The notes below the pieces were generated by a model that made no database searches, had not been told where the DNA came from, and was given only the letters and a program-made list of their open reading frames with translations. A DNA stretch of 63,843 bases, filler included, from Vermamoeba vermiformis (lineage: Eukaryota): the NCBI GenBank assembly GCA_045837725.1. It is 8 parts of 8 records of this genome, joined end to end, with 100 filler letters (N's around TTAATTAATTAA, not from the genome) between each part and the next. Parts side by side here need not be neighbours in the genome. Positions count along the whole stretch, not along the records: positions 19,360 to 34,011 come from JBEWZL010000021.1; positions 34,112 to 44,761 come from JBEWZL010000023.1; 6 more parts are not named here. One strand, 5' to 3'. Shown piece by piece: positions 26,177 through 38,300 of this stretch. The position numbers and the translations under genes are program-made. The first letter of the stretch is position 1, and each line of letters opens with the position of its first letter.

Positions 26177-28628
26177 TTAATGCAACCAATCAGGAAATTC
26201 ATCACTGTGTGCCTTAATATATCTAAATATGCGATTTGTAGATTCTAAATCAGGAAACACTCTCGTCAAGAACGAGAACGGTAAATCAGTAAATATTAAT
26301 TTCCTTTCGGTGCAGCAGATTTCGTAAAACTTTAGGATACGAAATTTCCATTTGCGAAAGAATTCTCGTCGGGCTGGAGAAGCGCTGGAAGGGCCTGTGT
26401 CTTTCCCGTCAAAGTCGTCGCTCATAGCAGCCGCCAACTTGGTCACATTGATTTTGCCCAGGATTTTAAACAACTTGTCGTTGACTTCGATCTCCACCGT
26501 CCTTAGGGCCATATTCGGTTTCTCCTCCATAATTTCGGTACGAAAGCCTCCACAGAGGGTGCTAACAATCCCACCAAGGTAGAATAGTTTCAACTTGGTG
26601 ATTACGTGAAGCCCCAGCTGAGTTTGAAAAAGTACTGACATTCCGTCTAAGCCATCGGTTAAATGCTGCACCAACGTGTCTCTTGCAACCAAACTAAGAC
26701 TGAGGTGTGACGAATTGAAAAATTTGACAGCCGCAGAGTCAGCTCCTTCTTTGACACCAGCCACATCAAGTTCCATCGAAGAGACGACCAAATCGTATGA
26801 AGACTGTGCAAATTCGCAATTACGGAGGCCAGAAAGTAGTTGACTGGAGGCACCTGCAGCAACAGGTAAGAAAGCTTCATAAAAAAGTTGCAAAACCCTT
26901 ACCGGATTCGTGTGTTATCAGGTCAGTTCCCGTCAGCTTTGGCTTGATCTTTACATCAGCCTTGACCTTATCTCGAAGAAGAAATTGCTTGTTTTCGTAA
27001 GTGAGTGCAACGATCATTGGGCGCTCGTTTGCATTTTCCACATCGATGCCAATCCCGTGAACGTGAAGTCTCTCCAGATGTTCTCGCAATGCAATGATAT
27101 ATCGATGAGTCCGCCTTGCAACAGAGTCGGGAGAGAGGTCTTTGTTGTCCAAAAACCGTTCTCTCCTTTCTAATTTTAGGAGTTGCTCTAAATAGAAATA
27201 CGTTAAAACCGGTATTACTATTTTTGGATTGTTTCGAAACTTACCTTCTCTTTTAGTTCTCTTGCTCTCGCGAGAGCTGTTTGACTTTGAACGATTGGAT
27301 TTTTTCTTTTTCTTCTTTTTTTTGTTCTTCGTATCTTTGGCATTGTTATCGCTCAAATCTGGCTCTGATTCTGGCTCATCTTCCTCGGAAAGGACGGTAC
27401 GGACATTTCTTGGAACATTCGCTTGTGTATCACTTAATAGCTCTGAAAATGGTCAGTGATAAATAAAGGAAGACTGCATAATAGCTTACCAGGGGAGGTT
27501 TCGTGATCGGCTGATTTTTCTTCTTCACTTCGATTTGTATTGTTTTGGTCTTCAAATGAGATGAATCAATAAATAAACATTAAGCCAAGGTAAATACTTA
27601 CTCTCACTGAGGACCGACTCTGGATCCGGCTCACTTTTTTCTCTTTCATTATCGTCAATTTCCTCTTTGTCCTCGTCCTCTTCGTCGTCCTCTTCGTCCT
27701 CCTCTTCGTCTTCTTCTTCTTCTTCCTCCTCCTCTTCATCTTTGTTTTGGTCGTAGTCTTCGTCGGTGGGAGGAGGGACATCTTCGGAGTTATCAATAAA
27801 GGCAATGTCGTCGGCATTTGGCTCTTCATGCTGGTTCAAATCATTCCAATCTTCTATCATGCCACGTACCGATGTAAGAGATATTTTCTTGGTTCCTTCT
27901 GGGACGTCATCTTCGACGTCACTTTCGGCTTTCTCACAAGAAAGTTGCGAGGTCTTCTCCTTGGTTTTTGTCTTTGTTTTCGTGACTATCACCTCTGTGG
28001 CCTCACCGTCTTCATCAGAGAGATCAATATCGCTAAAATCTGCATCGATGTCAGAAAACAAGAGTAAAATTTTGCTTAGGCAAATTCTAAGTACCTTTAG
28101 GTTCGTGAGTAGCGGCTCGCCGAGGCATAACTCTTGTTTTTGCACTCTAATATAGATGGGTTAGTCATATTTTGGCGCGAATTGGTCTGTCATTAGCTTA
28201 CCTCAGTACTGTTGTTCCGTGAGCCTTTGGCCAACTTTTTCGGCGGTGAATTATTCGATTCCAAAGCCTTCTGAGGCGACGACTTGTTGGATATTGACTT
28301 CTTGGGCGAGGACTTCTTGGGCGAGGACTTCTTGGGTGAGGACTTCTTGGGTGAGGACTTCTTGGGCGAGGACTTCTTGGGCGGGGGATTCTTCGAGGAT
28401 TTCTTTGGCGACTTCTTGGATGATAGGTCGCTTGAAGCAGATTTTTTTGACACTTTGGGGGATTGTTGCTTCGACCCAGAAGCAACAGTGCTGGAGCGCG
28501 AAGGAGACGTTCGAGAGCGAGTTGCGACACCGGGAAAGAACATGCCCTTAACAGCAGCCATACAATCCAAGCCCGACTAAGTGATTGAATTTAGTGCGAT
28601 ATGATTGCCAAAGCAAAAAACTTACCAT
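26177..28628 (-). CDS. Cluster gene A: protein with KKSSP repeats, acidic tract and conserved C-terminal domain
   Basis: ATG 28628-28626 then intron; KKSSP repeats; D/E tract. C-terminus KLKLFYLGG..RREFFRKWKFRI..DEFP matches 57062-57922 (KLKAYYVGG..KRDFFRQWKCRI..DEFP). Confidence 0.75.
28297..28381 (-). repeat. 15-bp coding tandem repeat encoding KKSSP
   Basis: GACTTCTTGGG(C/T)GAG repeated about 6 times on the plus strand. Confidence 0.9.
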
Positions 28629-28769
28629 TGTTGCAAGTACGAGAAGTTGATGAGTTACGTTTCGATTCTGAATAAGTAACAATTAACTTAAAATCGCGCT
28701 GGCTTTAAAAAGAGCGGGCTTACACACTATTGGTCAAATAAACATTTTTTTTCTATATCTTTTAAACAA

Positions 28770-31352
28770 TCACACACTAAACTTGATAAATTCCTCTCGC
28801 AGCAAATCAATGGCCTTCTCGTCTTCTATGTATATGACTTTGGCTCTTCTTGGTAGGACCCTGCGTTGAACTGGCGTCAATTGCTTTGAGGGTGGGATGA
28901 TAGCAGGATAGAAAAAGGGTCCAAAGCTGTCAAGCGGGAGGTCTCTGCGGGGTCGTTCATGAACTTGCGCTAACAATTCGTCGTTCCATTCATAAGAAAA
29001 TAGGCTTGGAGGATAAACGTTTTGCGGAGTAATAGCTCGCGGATGGAAGCGAAACCTGCGTAAGAAAATAAGTATCTTTGCGCAAAAACTTTGAGAGTTA
29101 ACTTACGGGCGATGAGCTAAGATATGCTTCATGATACTGATGGTATTATCGATGCCGTATCCTCCTAGATATAGGCGTGGCCCCGTCGTGTTGAGAGAGA
29201 CATTGCGCGGATCCACCTCCTCGAAGAAATCAAGAGGAGATATAAATATATTGACCAGGCAGAGGTGACGTAATGCAAGCTGGTTTAAACCACGCAAGTC
29301 TACGTATACACCTGGACAGTGCGATTCAAGCTCTAGCAGGTGAAATTCGGCAGGAAAGTTTACACCACGCAAAGATATTTCCCAGGCCCTTGTTGATTTG
29401 TCTTCTCTGGGAATTGGCAGACGCAACCCAACCAATCGCGGAGAAGCTGCAAAAATCTTGTTGATCACGGCAACAGTTGTGGCTCCCATCGTGTTGTACA
29501 GATCAAGTTCTTGCCCAAGAGCAAGATGGAAGTGAAGAAAGCGCAGGTGCCTCCACTCGTGACTGGCAAATCCATACGACACTAATTGAGTTCTAATGTC
29601 GACGATAGCCAGGGCTTGAAGAGAAGCGACACAAGCCGGAAACATCTTTGCGGCAACAGGAGGATCAACATCCTCAAAGCGGAGTTCGAGCAATTGACCG
29701 AAACTGGGAAGTGTTAGTTTAACGTACCAGTAAAAATTAATTATTTACTTACAAGGCACTCGCAGAATTGTTCATTGACTCGCCTGTCGGATCCAAGCTC
29801 ACTCGGGTCAGGTAGCAACCACGACACGCTGTCGAATCAATAGGGTGGATCGCACCAAAGTCGGAAAGGCGAATGATACAATCTTCAACTTCTAAAACCG
29901 AATACACGTGGTTGTTAACGGTTTGGTAGACGTGCCTTGGATCGTTGACAATGTTGATGGCATTAACCGGCTTGGGCTTAGTTTTCGGTGGGATGGCACC
30001 TTCATTAAGCAGAATGTTAGAAAGATGTAAAATAAATTAAGGACTTCATACTTAATTGTATTGGCTTGCCAACAGGTTCCTTGTCAGGAACTGTTAGAAC
30101 TTCAAGTGTTTCGGGTTCACTGTCTTGGATCGGTGAAGCAACGTAAGTCGATGATTCCTGTACCACTAGATTAATCATGGTAAAAATAATTTTAAATTAC
30201 TTACCGGCATTTCTTGTGCCGGGCTGGAAATTGAGGATGGGCTGATAGGGCTACTAGGGCTGGAATGTGACGCCTGAGAATGATGGGGGCTGGCATGGAC
30301 TTCGAAGAGATCAATCGAATTTGAAACTTCTTCGCCCGCCGAGACAAAACTTTGCTTCTCTTGGGGTACTTCGACGCGAGCTTTCTTCGTGATGGTTTGT
30401 GCCAATTCCTCTCCCTTTCTCTTAGGCGGTGGTACGTAGGACATGAATACAGGAGGTCGCAATTCGAGTGCTGGAAGATGAAACGCCTCGTAGCCAAATC
30501 CGTTGATATTCGGCAGGAAGTCTACCTCGGTGAATTTATTGGCATCAGGAATTTCGGTCGTAGCGCCATCAGTGCCTAACAACATATTAGAACGCCGTAT
30601 TAAAATCGCTATTGTACTAGCCGTTACTTACCTTTACTTTCGAATTTGGTTTCCTTTGCTGTGTATTGCGAGAACAAAGGGACATCATAGCGACAATTTT
30701 CGGTTGAAATGACCGCCAAAAGGGATTCCAAGGACTTGGTGGAAGTCCAGTGACCGTAGTGGTAACGCATCGCACACCAGAGTTTTGCGTGCTCGGTGTG
30801 GGTCACGTCTCCGCCTTCCGCGCGACTGGCGCCCTTAGTCATGTTGGGAATGATTACGTTGTCTCGGGCTGACCGCAATATCTCGGGAAACGTGCGCATG
30901 AACTTGACGAATCTCTGCCAGGCGACGGATGCGAGGCTAATGCCGAGGTGTTGAGCTATGGCAGCGCTGTACGACTTATACCAGCGAGGGTACACCATTG
31001 TGCGCTCTGGACGGGGGGCTAGCATTCCGTGGAAGTCAAAAACAACGTAGTAGAAGAGGAAATCCGCTCGGCTGCTGAACATGAAGTATTCCAAGCTATC
31101 GTGGAGTTTCTGCACGTAAGCATTGAAATCTCCTCCAGGCACTGACCGGTTTCTAGCTAGTACAAGGAACTCTACAAAGGTCACGATGTTCTGTTTCACA
31201 TCCGGTGACTTTTTGTTATTCTGTAAATAATAAAGTATTAGTATATAGTTATAACGATTTAATATATAAATACACGAAATAATATTCGGGCTTATTACAT
31301 TCGTGTGCACAGTAATAGTAATAAATAAAATTTTTAAAACAGATTTTACCAT
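28770..31352 (-). CDS. Cluster gene C: hypothetical multi-exon protein, C-terminal part leucine-rich-repeat-like
   Basis: ATG 31352-31350, intron 31349-31221, then NNKKSPDVKQ.. ORFs 30624, 30175, 29103 and 28770 are linked by short introns. LxxLxL patterns in 29103-29693. Confidence 0.6.
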
Positions 31353-31708
31353 TTCAGATTTAATTGCAACAAGAAGGATATAATATATATTATATATACT
31401 ACGGTAATTCGTAGTATAGATAATATTACAAGCGGATTTAAGCTCTTTTGGAGACTCAAATCCGGATTTGCAAGTACGAGCAGCTTTTGGCCGCAAGGAA
31501 ATTACTAACGAAGTCTTGTGGACTCGCAAGCAATTAAAAAAATAGGTGCGGATCACTTGTGGTGACGCACGTTATTTTTAAATTGGAATACTTGCAACAG
31601 GAACGCGAGATTTTGCGCACATGTGACTTGAAATTCCCAACACGTGGTCGTCACGTGTCATGCCAAAAAAAGATCTTTTCCAAAACAGGAATTAAAGTCA
31701 AAACTTTG

Positions 31709-32005
31709 ACAGAACGACCACCACCGGTCGATTTATTTATTTATTGTTAATGTAGTCAACTGATAGTAACGCGCCGCGGCATCAAAGCCGCTCCAGCGCG
31801 AGTTATTTCGGATTCAGCCGATGCGTGAAGTTCGCATGCGTCAGCATGCATTTAAGCTCAACAGCGCGACCACAAGGGTCTTATTTGCATTGATTATACA
31901 GCCGACAGTAACGCGCCACGGTCGCCAGCGCCGTTCAGCGCGAGTTATTTGGATTGAAGCTGATGCGACTTTAGATGACGCATCAGTTCTACTCAAAGGG
32001 TCAAT
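31709..32005 (-). repeat. Inverted copy of the structured repeat array at 19418-19925
   Basis: CGACCACAAGGGTC (31867) and CAGCGCGAGTTATTT (31794, 31936) are reverse complements of the left-array motifs. Confidence 0.85.
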
Positions 32006-32237
32006 TTATATACCAGCATAATGGATCAACTGTGAATTTTGGTAAGTGCACTAGATAATTGTTTGATCCAGGATTTGGATTTGAACGAATAAATTAATTT
32101 AAATAAATTAAACGTTAATACAGACAATAACTAACGATTTTATTAGGTTTTGCATGGAAATAGATCACGATCCCGACTGTTCGCGCGCGCAATTCTGTAA
32201 TTCGGTAATAAATAAATAAATTTTAGTAACTGGCACA

Positions 32238-32623
32238 GTATTTTTTAGGAGATCGTCTCCGCGCTGGAGACGACCTTTACGGACTTGGTTTTTTTAGGAG
32301 ATCGTCTCCACGCTGGAGACGACCTTTACAGACTTGGTTTTTTTTCGCAGATCGTCTCCACGCTGGAGACGACCTTTACGGACTTCGGTTTTTTTTGGAG
32401 ATCGTCTCCACGCTGGAGACGACCTTTACAAACTTAGTTTTTTTCGCAGATCGTCTCCGTGCTGGAGACGACCTTTACGGACTTGGTTTTTTTAGGAGAT
32501 CGTCTCCGCGCTGGAGACGACCTTTACGAACTTAGTATTTTTTAGGAGATCGTCTCCGCGCTGGAGACGACCCTTACAGACTTAGTATTTTTCACCGATC
32601 GTCTCTGCGCTGGAGACGACCCC
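32238..32623. repeat. Minisatellite, 8 x ~50 bp, each with TCGTCTCC(A/G)-CGC-TGGAGACGA hairpin
   Basis: GATCGTCTC at ~32251, 32300, 32350, 32400, 32449, 32498, 32548 and 32597; units near-identical. Confidence 0.95.
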
Positions 32624-32796
32624 TGGGTACATTGGGCTTTATTGCAGGTTGTGTTGGATGTGAGTGTGGGTTTGGGTACGGGATTACCTAAGCAAAATTT
32701 TGCTTAAGTAAAATTCTACCCGGACTTTTGTTTATTTCTGTAACTTTTTAAGGCTAGCCCTATATGGCCAGGCCCTTTTACATATATGAATTGAAG

Positions 32797-33060
32797 ACCA
32801 TCCGAAGTTCGGATGCCCATGTGGAAGAATATCAGCTATGAAAGTTACATAGCTGCTTTTTGACCATCCGAAGTTCGGATGGCTGTGGGAGATCCATGGC
32901 TAAAATGCAAAGCGGTTCACACCATCCGAATTTCGGATGCCTGTAACAATCTTGGCAATGGATTTTCATGGCTATTTTACACCATCCGAATTTCGGATGC
33001 CCTGACAATCTTAGCTATCAGGTTTTCATAGCTGCTTTTTGACCATCCAAAGTTCGGATG
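32797..33060. repeat. Five copies of the 17-bp palindrome CATCCGAAnTTCGGATG at ~60-bp spacing
   Basis: Copies at ~32799, 32865, 32923, 32983 and 33044 (last has one mismatch); spacers are diverged but related. Confidence 0.92.
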
Positions 33061-33114
33061 CTTTGACTGAGTACAAACTTCTACTAAATCATTTATTTTA
33101 CGTCATACAAGCAG

Positions 33115-33767
33115 GGACTCTTCACCCCTCAACCTTTAACCTTAACCCCAAAGGTATATTAATTGGCGACAAAATCTTCCTTGCCGATCTGACACTTTCA
33201 GACCCGAAAAATTCCGATAATACGATTAAAATCCATCCAGGAAGCACCATTAAAACAAGAATAGGGCGGGTAGATACAGACAACTTAATCGTATATGGAA
33301 TTGTCTCGTCTAATCTCGGAAAAAAGCTGTCACTGTTCGTCAATTCTTCAGATCACCCAAAAGACCAATTTCCCTACGCTGTGGATGTTGACTCAGTTGT
33401 AGAAGTTCGCGAAAATGCCACGTGGGATGCTGCTGCTTCTGACACTTGGTTAGAATCCTTACAAAAAGAGAGCAGTCAGAGTTCCAATCTGCACCATGGT
33501 GGATCCTCGCATCACACAACATCCCGACACACCATATCAGGACTTAGTGCACATGAAATAACACAGTTAGTGCAGGCAATTGTGACGCCCATCATGTCAG
33601 ATTTTGCGAAGCAATTCCGCGCTGTCATCGCCGAAATTCACGAAAAGGATGAAAACCACCAAAAAATGATCTTGGAAGAATTTAAATCATTGTGGGCTCA
33701 AAATTCAAAAATGATGGTAGATTTGTTAGCACTGGCAACGGAACGGAATCGAACGAACGATAAATAG
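33115..33767 (+). CDS. Hypothetical protein, terminal exon (upstream exons probably near 32154 and 32648)
   Basis: Long open frame after a CAG acceptor at 33114, helical C-terminus, AATAAA at ~33849; 5' structure uncertain. Confidence 0.5.
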
Positions 33768-34011
33768 GATTTATTTGTGTATTTTGTGAAGAAGATATTT
33801 CCGAGAGATTTCCTTGTAGCGACTATCGTCGCACCCTTGTATTTTATTAAATAAATCTACCCTTTCAACCAGCGAACACAGTCCTCAGTTTGGGTCATCA
33901 ACTCAACCCAGCTAAATCAAAATCTTAATATAACAATTTATCGTAAATAAATAATCTTTACTCGATCAATACATTGACTAGTAAATTACACGTTTTTGTC
34001 TATGTCTTTCC

Positions 34012-34111
34012 NNNNNNNNNNNNNNNNNNNNNNNNNNNNNNNNNNNNNNNNNNNNTTAATTAATTAANNNNNNNNNNNNNNNNNNNNNNNNNNNNNNNNN
34101 NNNNNNNNNNN
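34012..34111. other. Artificial contig linker
   Basis: N44-TTAATTAATTAA-N44. Confidence 0.98.
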
Positions 34112-35377
34112 CGTAAAAAGAGATAAAGGAAAATTTCGGCATGATTTTTTTGCGCGTTCCGACAGTTTGCACTGTCAATAATGACTCTTTATATGCAACA
34201 CATATTGTTTATTAATGAGGCAAAACGAGATTAAAATTGGTAGTGAGTGGCAATCGCATCTGAATGTGGCACGTGCCCGTTGTGATTAACAAACAGATGT
34301 TCAAATGCTAGTATATGATCTAGGGTATTTTAGCAGTGTATAATAGATATAATTAACAGCTGTGCTCGTTTTTGTGGCAAATTATGAGATCAGATGTGAG
34401 ATTAGGCCTCGGCGAATTTTGCTCCGTTAAATAATAGTCGTAATATCTTTAATACTAATAATCAATATATTTTTGAGCATTTGATTACACAAGAAAAATT
34501 TCTGGAGCGAATATTTTTTAAAAGATCGGATTGACGCTTTGCCTGCATAATTACTTCGTTTTTATCAATAATTTGAATGTTTTATAATCAATATAGCTAG
34601 GTTTAGCCCATTAGATTTGTTTGAGAGCAATCTGTCGAATTAAATGAGATCGGCAGTGCCTGCTGTATTACTCCATGACGTAATGAGAGTTATACTATTC
34701 TCTCAAAATTTAACAAGCTAATACTTTGCCCTTAAGGGCTAACCCCTGCAGGATCAGGGGCCGGATGTAGTTGTTTTTCAAACATGCTTGTAAGCACAAC
34801 AATTGTACATCGACATTATCAAGATACAGCCGCAGTTTCAACCAAAAAGATGCACTACTAATAGAGAAACCTTCGTGTTTCTTGTGCCCGGCTATTTCCT
34901 TTTTTGTAAAAAAGTATATTTTCTCATGCAAAATTTTTTCTGTTAGTATCTCTTCTTTTCGTAAAAAACCATCACGCAGCAGGATATATATTAATGGTAT
35001 TGTGCTTGCAACAATTTTTGCTGCAGATCCGTTGCTGGATGTGGCTGTAAAAAATTTCAAAGTTTAATTAGAGCCGACTAGCAAATTAACGGCGTCATAT
35101 ATTTTTTGGGCCACTAAACCCACTAAAATTATCCGATGGTGGTCAAATTGACTTCACGGTTCTCGAATCTCGTGGGCACAACCGGAAAAATGAACCTTAA
35201 CAATTTTGAAATGCCGTAAATTATAATTTAAAATGTCCTTGCAGCAGCATGCATTATTTCAATTAATTTTATCATAAATTTTCCTTTATCTCTTTTTACA
35301 ATAGTCATCAATGATCGCATCTGGACTTTTCTCTGTTGTCCATCGATGTGCAATAGGCTGACATTTTATACTTATAG

Positions 35378-38300
35378 GAGAAGTTATTGGCTTAGCAATA
35401 ATCACAATTTCTGAAGCTGCGGTCACCGGAGTCGGATTAGCCTTTTTGATCACTTACGCGCGATATTTGCCTAAAACACCGAAAGTAATCAAGCCAAAAA
35501 TATACTCAGTGTATATATCTATCTGTTGGTTTCTCATTCAATGGTTTCCGCATGCTCAATTACGTAAGTTTGTTACGGGTTATCTCGCGCGAGCACGATC
35601 TAATTTTACGGATGGAGAATCTTTATTTAAATAAATCATACGAATATAAGAATCATAATGGCAGTGATACCATATAAAGATGATTAATAAGCTAATATGT
35701 GCTTTTAGATAAAATGTTCGGGCCAGATGTGAACGCCTTGATCTCGCTCGAAATGACTTTTCATTGGGTTAATGTCGTTGCGTTAAGTATATTAGCATAC
35801 TACCAATTTGACATTATGATGTTGTGCATGGCGTAAGTTAAATAGGCTAATTCCCAATCGAATTCTAAATTTTTATGTTTTTTTTCGGTGGATCCGACCC
35901 ACAACTAAATTTATCTTATTTTTTATCGTCTTCGTAATACAATACCTTAATTAAGTATTTTGATATGATTTAACTGTACGATATTGGTCTGATATTGAAC
36001 TTCTATTTTTAGCCTCACTCGCACGAAAGAAAATTTGGCTCGTTTGGAAAAAGGAGAAAAAACGCGCGAAGAACAAGACCGAGACAGCAATATGAACGCG
36101 AGTCCTATCAAACGATTCTTCTTGAACACCAAGGTCCACGTAGTCCTCATAGTCATCGTTTTCTTTTTCGCCTTGTTCTTTGGTGTTCAAAGGTAAGAAA
36201 AGTATTCACTGCAGATCCGTTTAAGGAAATTTCTGCAAAGATAACAGGTGATGACATTTTGACTCCATGTTTGACACGTGTCATTTGCAGAGGATTTCCT
36301 AAGTCTCCTTTTGAACTAACTGAAGTCCAAGCTGGTTTGTTGATTGCTGTTGAGGTACGACTGTTATATATTTCGCAGTCGACTGTAACAATAAAATTAC
36401 GTTTTTCAACATAGAACGACCACACTTATATCTTAAAGTTATATTTCTGTACAAAGTGGTCCCTGAATTGACGGCAATTGATGCGAAGTGCCGTAACTTT
36501 TGGTTGGTAAGCCAGATGCTGGATTTGTTTTTTCTGATCTTCGCATCACAACAAAATTAACGACTAATTCCATCGCGATAAATCATAATATTAATAATAG
36601 AGTGCCTCGTAAGCAATTACAAGCACTTTTGAATTATTTTGAATTATTTTTTAAAATTAACGCCTCCGATCTGTTCGGCCATTGTGCTGCAACTATTCGG
36701 GTCGTACTTTCGATTTGTAACACTCTTATTAATACAATCTTATTGATAGGTGTGCGACTTCATATTGAGAAGATTTTGTACAGGCGATTTAGGGGACCCG
36801 GACTCTATTGTTTGAGTTTTTTCTGCCATCTTTGTAAACAAATTCCAGTAAATTTCGCACAATAGTGGTGAGTTATTATCACTTTATACATGGCTAATGA
36901 TTACTCAGTTTATTTTTGATGTGTTAGATCCGAACCACACGCGACCTCGAAAAGTGCCTCGGCAATGGCCAAAGTAGTAAACCTTGGTGCCACATGCTAC
37001 ATTAGCAGTTCTTTACAGCTATTATTTAGTATTGAAGCTTTCCGTGAGCTTGTTATATCATCAAAACCTACACACAAACTTGCGATTGAATTTCGACAGA
37101 TTATCACACTTATGAAGAGTAATAAAACAATTCATATCGAACCATTAACAAGGCTATTGAAAATATCAAAAGCAAGCTACCAAAAAGAACACCGTGATTT
37201 ACAAGAGTTTCTGCTCAATTTATTGGACAAGTTAACTGAAGACTCTGAGTTCAAGCGAATTATAAAGCAAGTTTTTGGTGGTGCCTTACAACGTAATGGT
37301 TCAGAATTAATGGAGCCTTTTATAGGTACAAATGACTGCTGCAACTCGACTTAATTTCAATTGACTTTATAATTTAGATATTTCAATTCCAGTTGCCCCC
37401 GGCAATGTTGTGGACAGTTTAGTTCAACTTTTCAGCAGTGTACGTAACATTTGCATAAGACTTGGATTTTAACTTATTCAATGATAAGGACTGGGGTTCA
37501 CACAAATTTTTGACATTCCCCACTGCATTAGTCCTCCACCTTAAGCGTTTTGATAATCTGGGCAACAAGAATGAAGCGAAGTTTCACTTCAAGTCAACTC
37601 TAGTTATTCCAGCAAAGCTCAGTTGTAGTGGTCATGCAGAGACCTACCAACTCAAATCAATAATAGTGCACCAAGGAACTGCTAAACAGGGTCACTACGT
37701 AACCTACAGCCTTGCGAACAACCAATGGCTTGAACTCAATGATGCAGTCGTCTCAAAGGTAGTCAAAGTATGCCATTTTGCAGGTTCTAACCTCAATGTA
37801 GGCTCCCAAAGACTTCATGCAGAGGTTATTTGAGGGAATTGCAAGTGCTTATATCTTAGTGTACTGCACACAGCGTATTTCATCCCCAACCAAGTCCAGA
37901 CCCACACGAATTATTGGAAATGAATCACAGCAATTTAATGATTTTATGGAATGGGACTCAACATCATGTCAAAGTGATCCAATAGAGATATCAGATAGTG
38001 AATATGAAGCAAACGAAAGTGATGATATGAGTGAATCAATTGAAGAAGATAATGAAGAGACATCAGAAGTCGCAAGTCCTGCAGCAGTGAAAGAAGGTAT
38101 TGATTTCTCATTCATTAATCATTTTGATAACCATTACTGGCAGCTAAACTTCAAGCAAAACTGTCTGGGTGGAAAAACGATGGGAGTAAATTCAAGCCCA
38201 AAACTTCTCAACCATTGACAAACCCAGGACCAAAGCACCAGCTCATCTTAACAAAAATTAATGCAATACGTCATCAACTGGGAAAGCCAAAACTGTCTTC

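Noticed and set aside
27747-28580. Plus-strand ORFs with FLGED or RTSWA repeats
   Set aside because: Antisense shadows of the KKSSP and acidic coding repeats on the minus strand.
32238-33060. CRISPR array
   Set aside because: Spacers are identical or clearly related to each other, no cas genes are visible and the context is eukaryotic.
34710-35067. Overlapping opposite-strand ORFs as genes
   Set aside because: Non-ATG starts, no motifs and no paralogue support.
36355-36965. Left terminal inverted repeat matching ..CCAGTTGG-TTAA at 40302-40313
   Set aside because: None of the TTAA sites here (~36433, 36557, 36657) is followed by the reverse complement, so no TIR/TSD is claimed.
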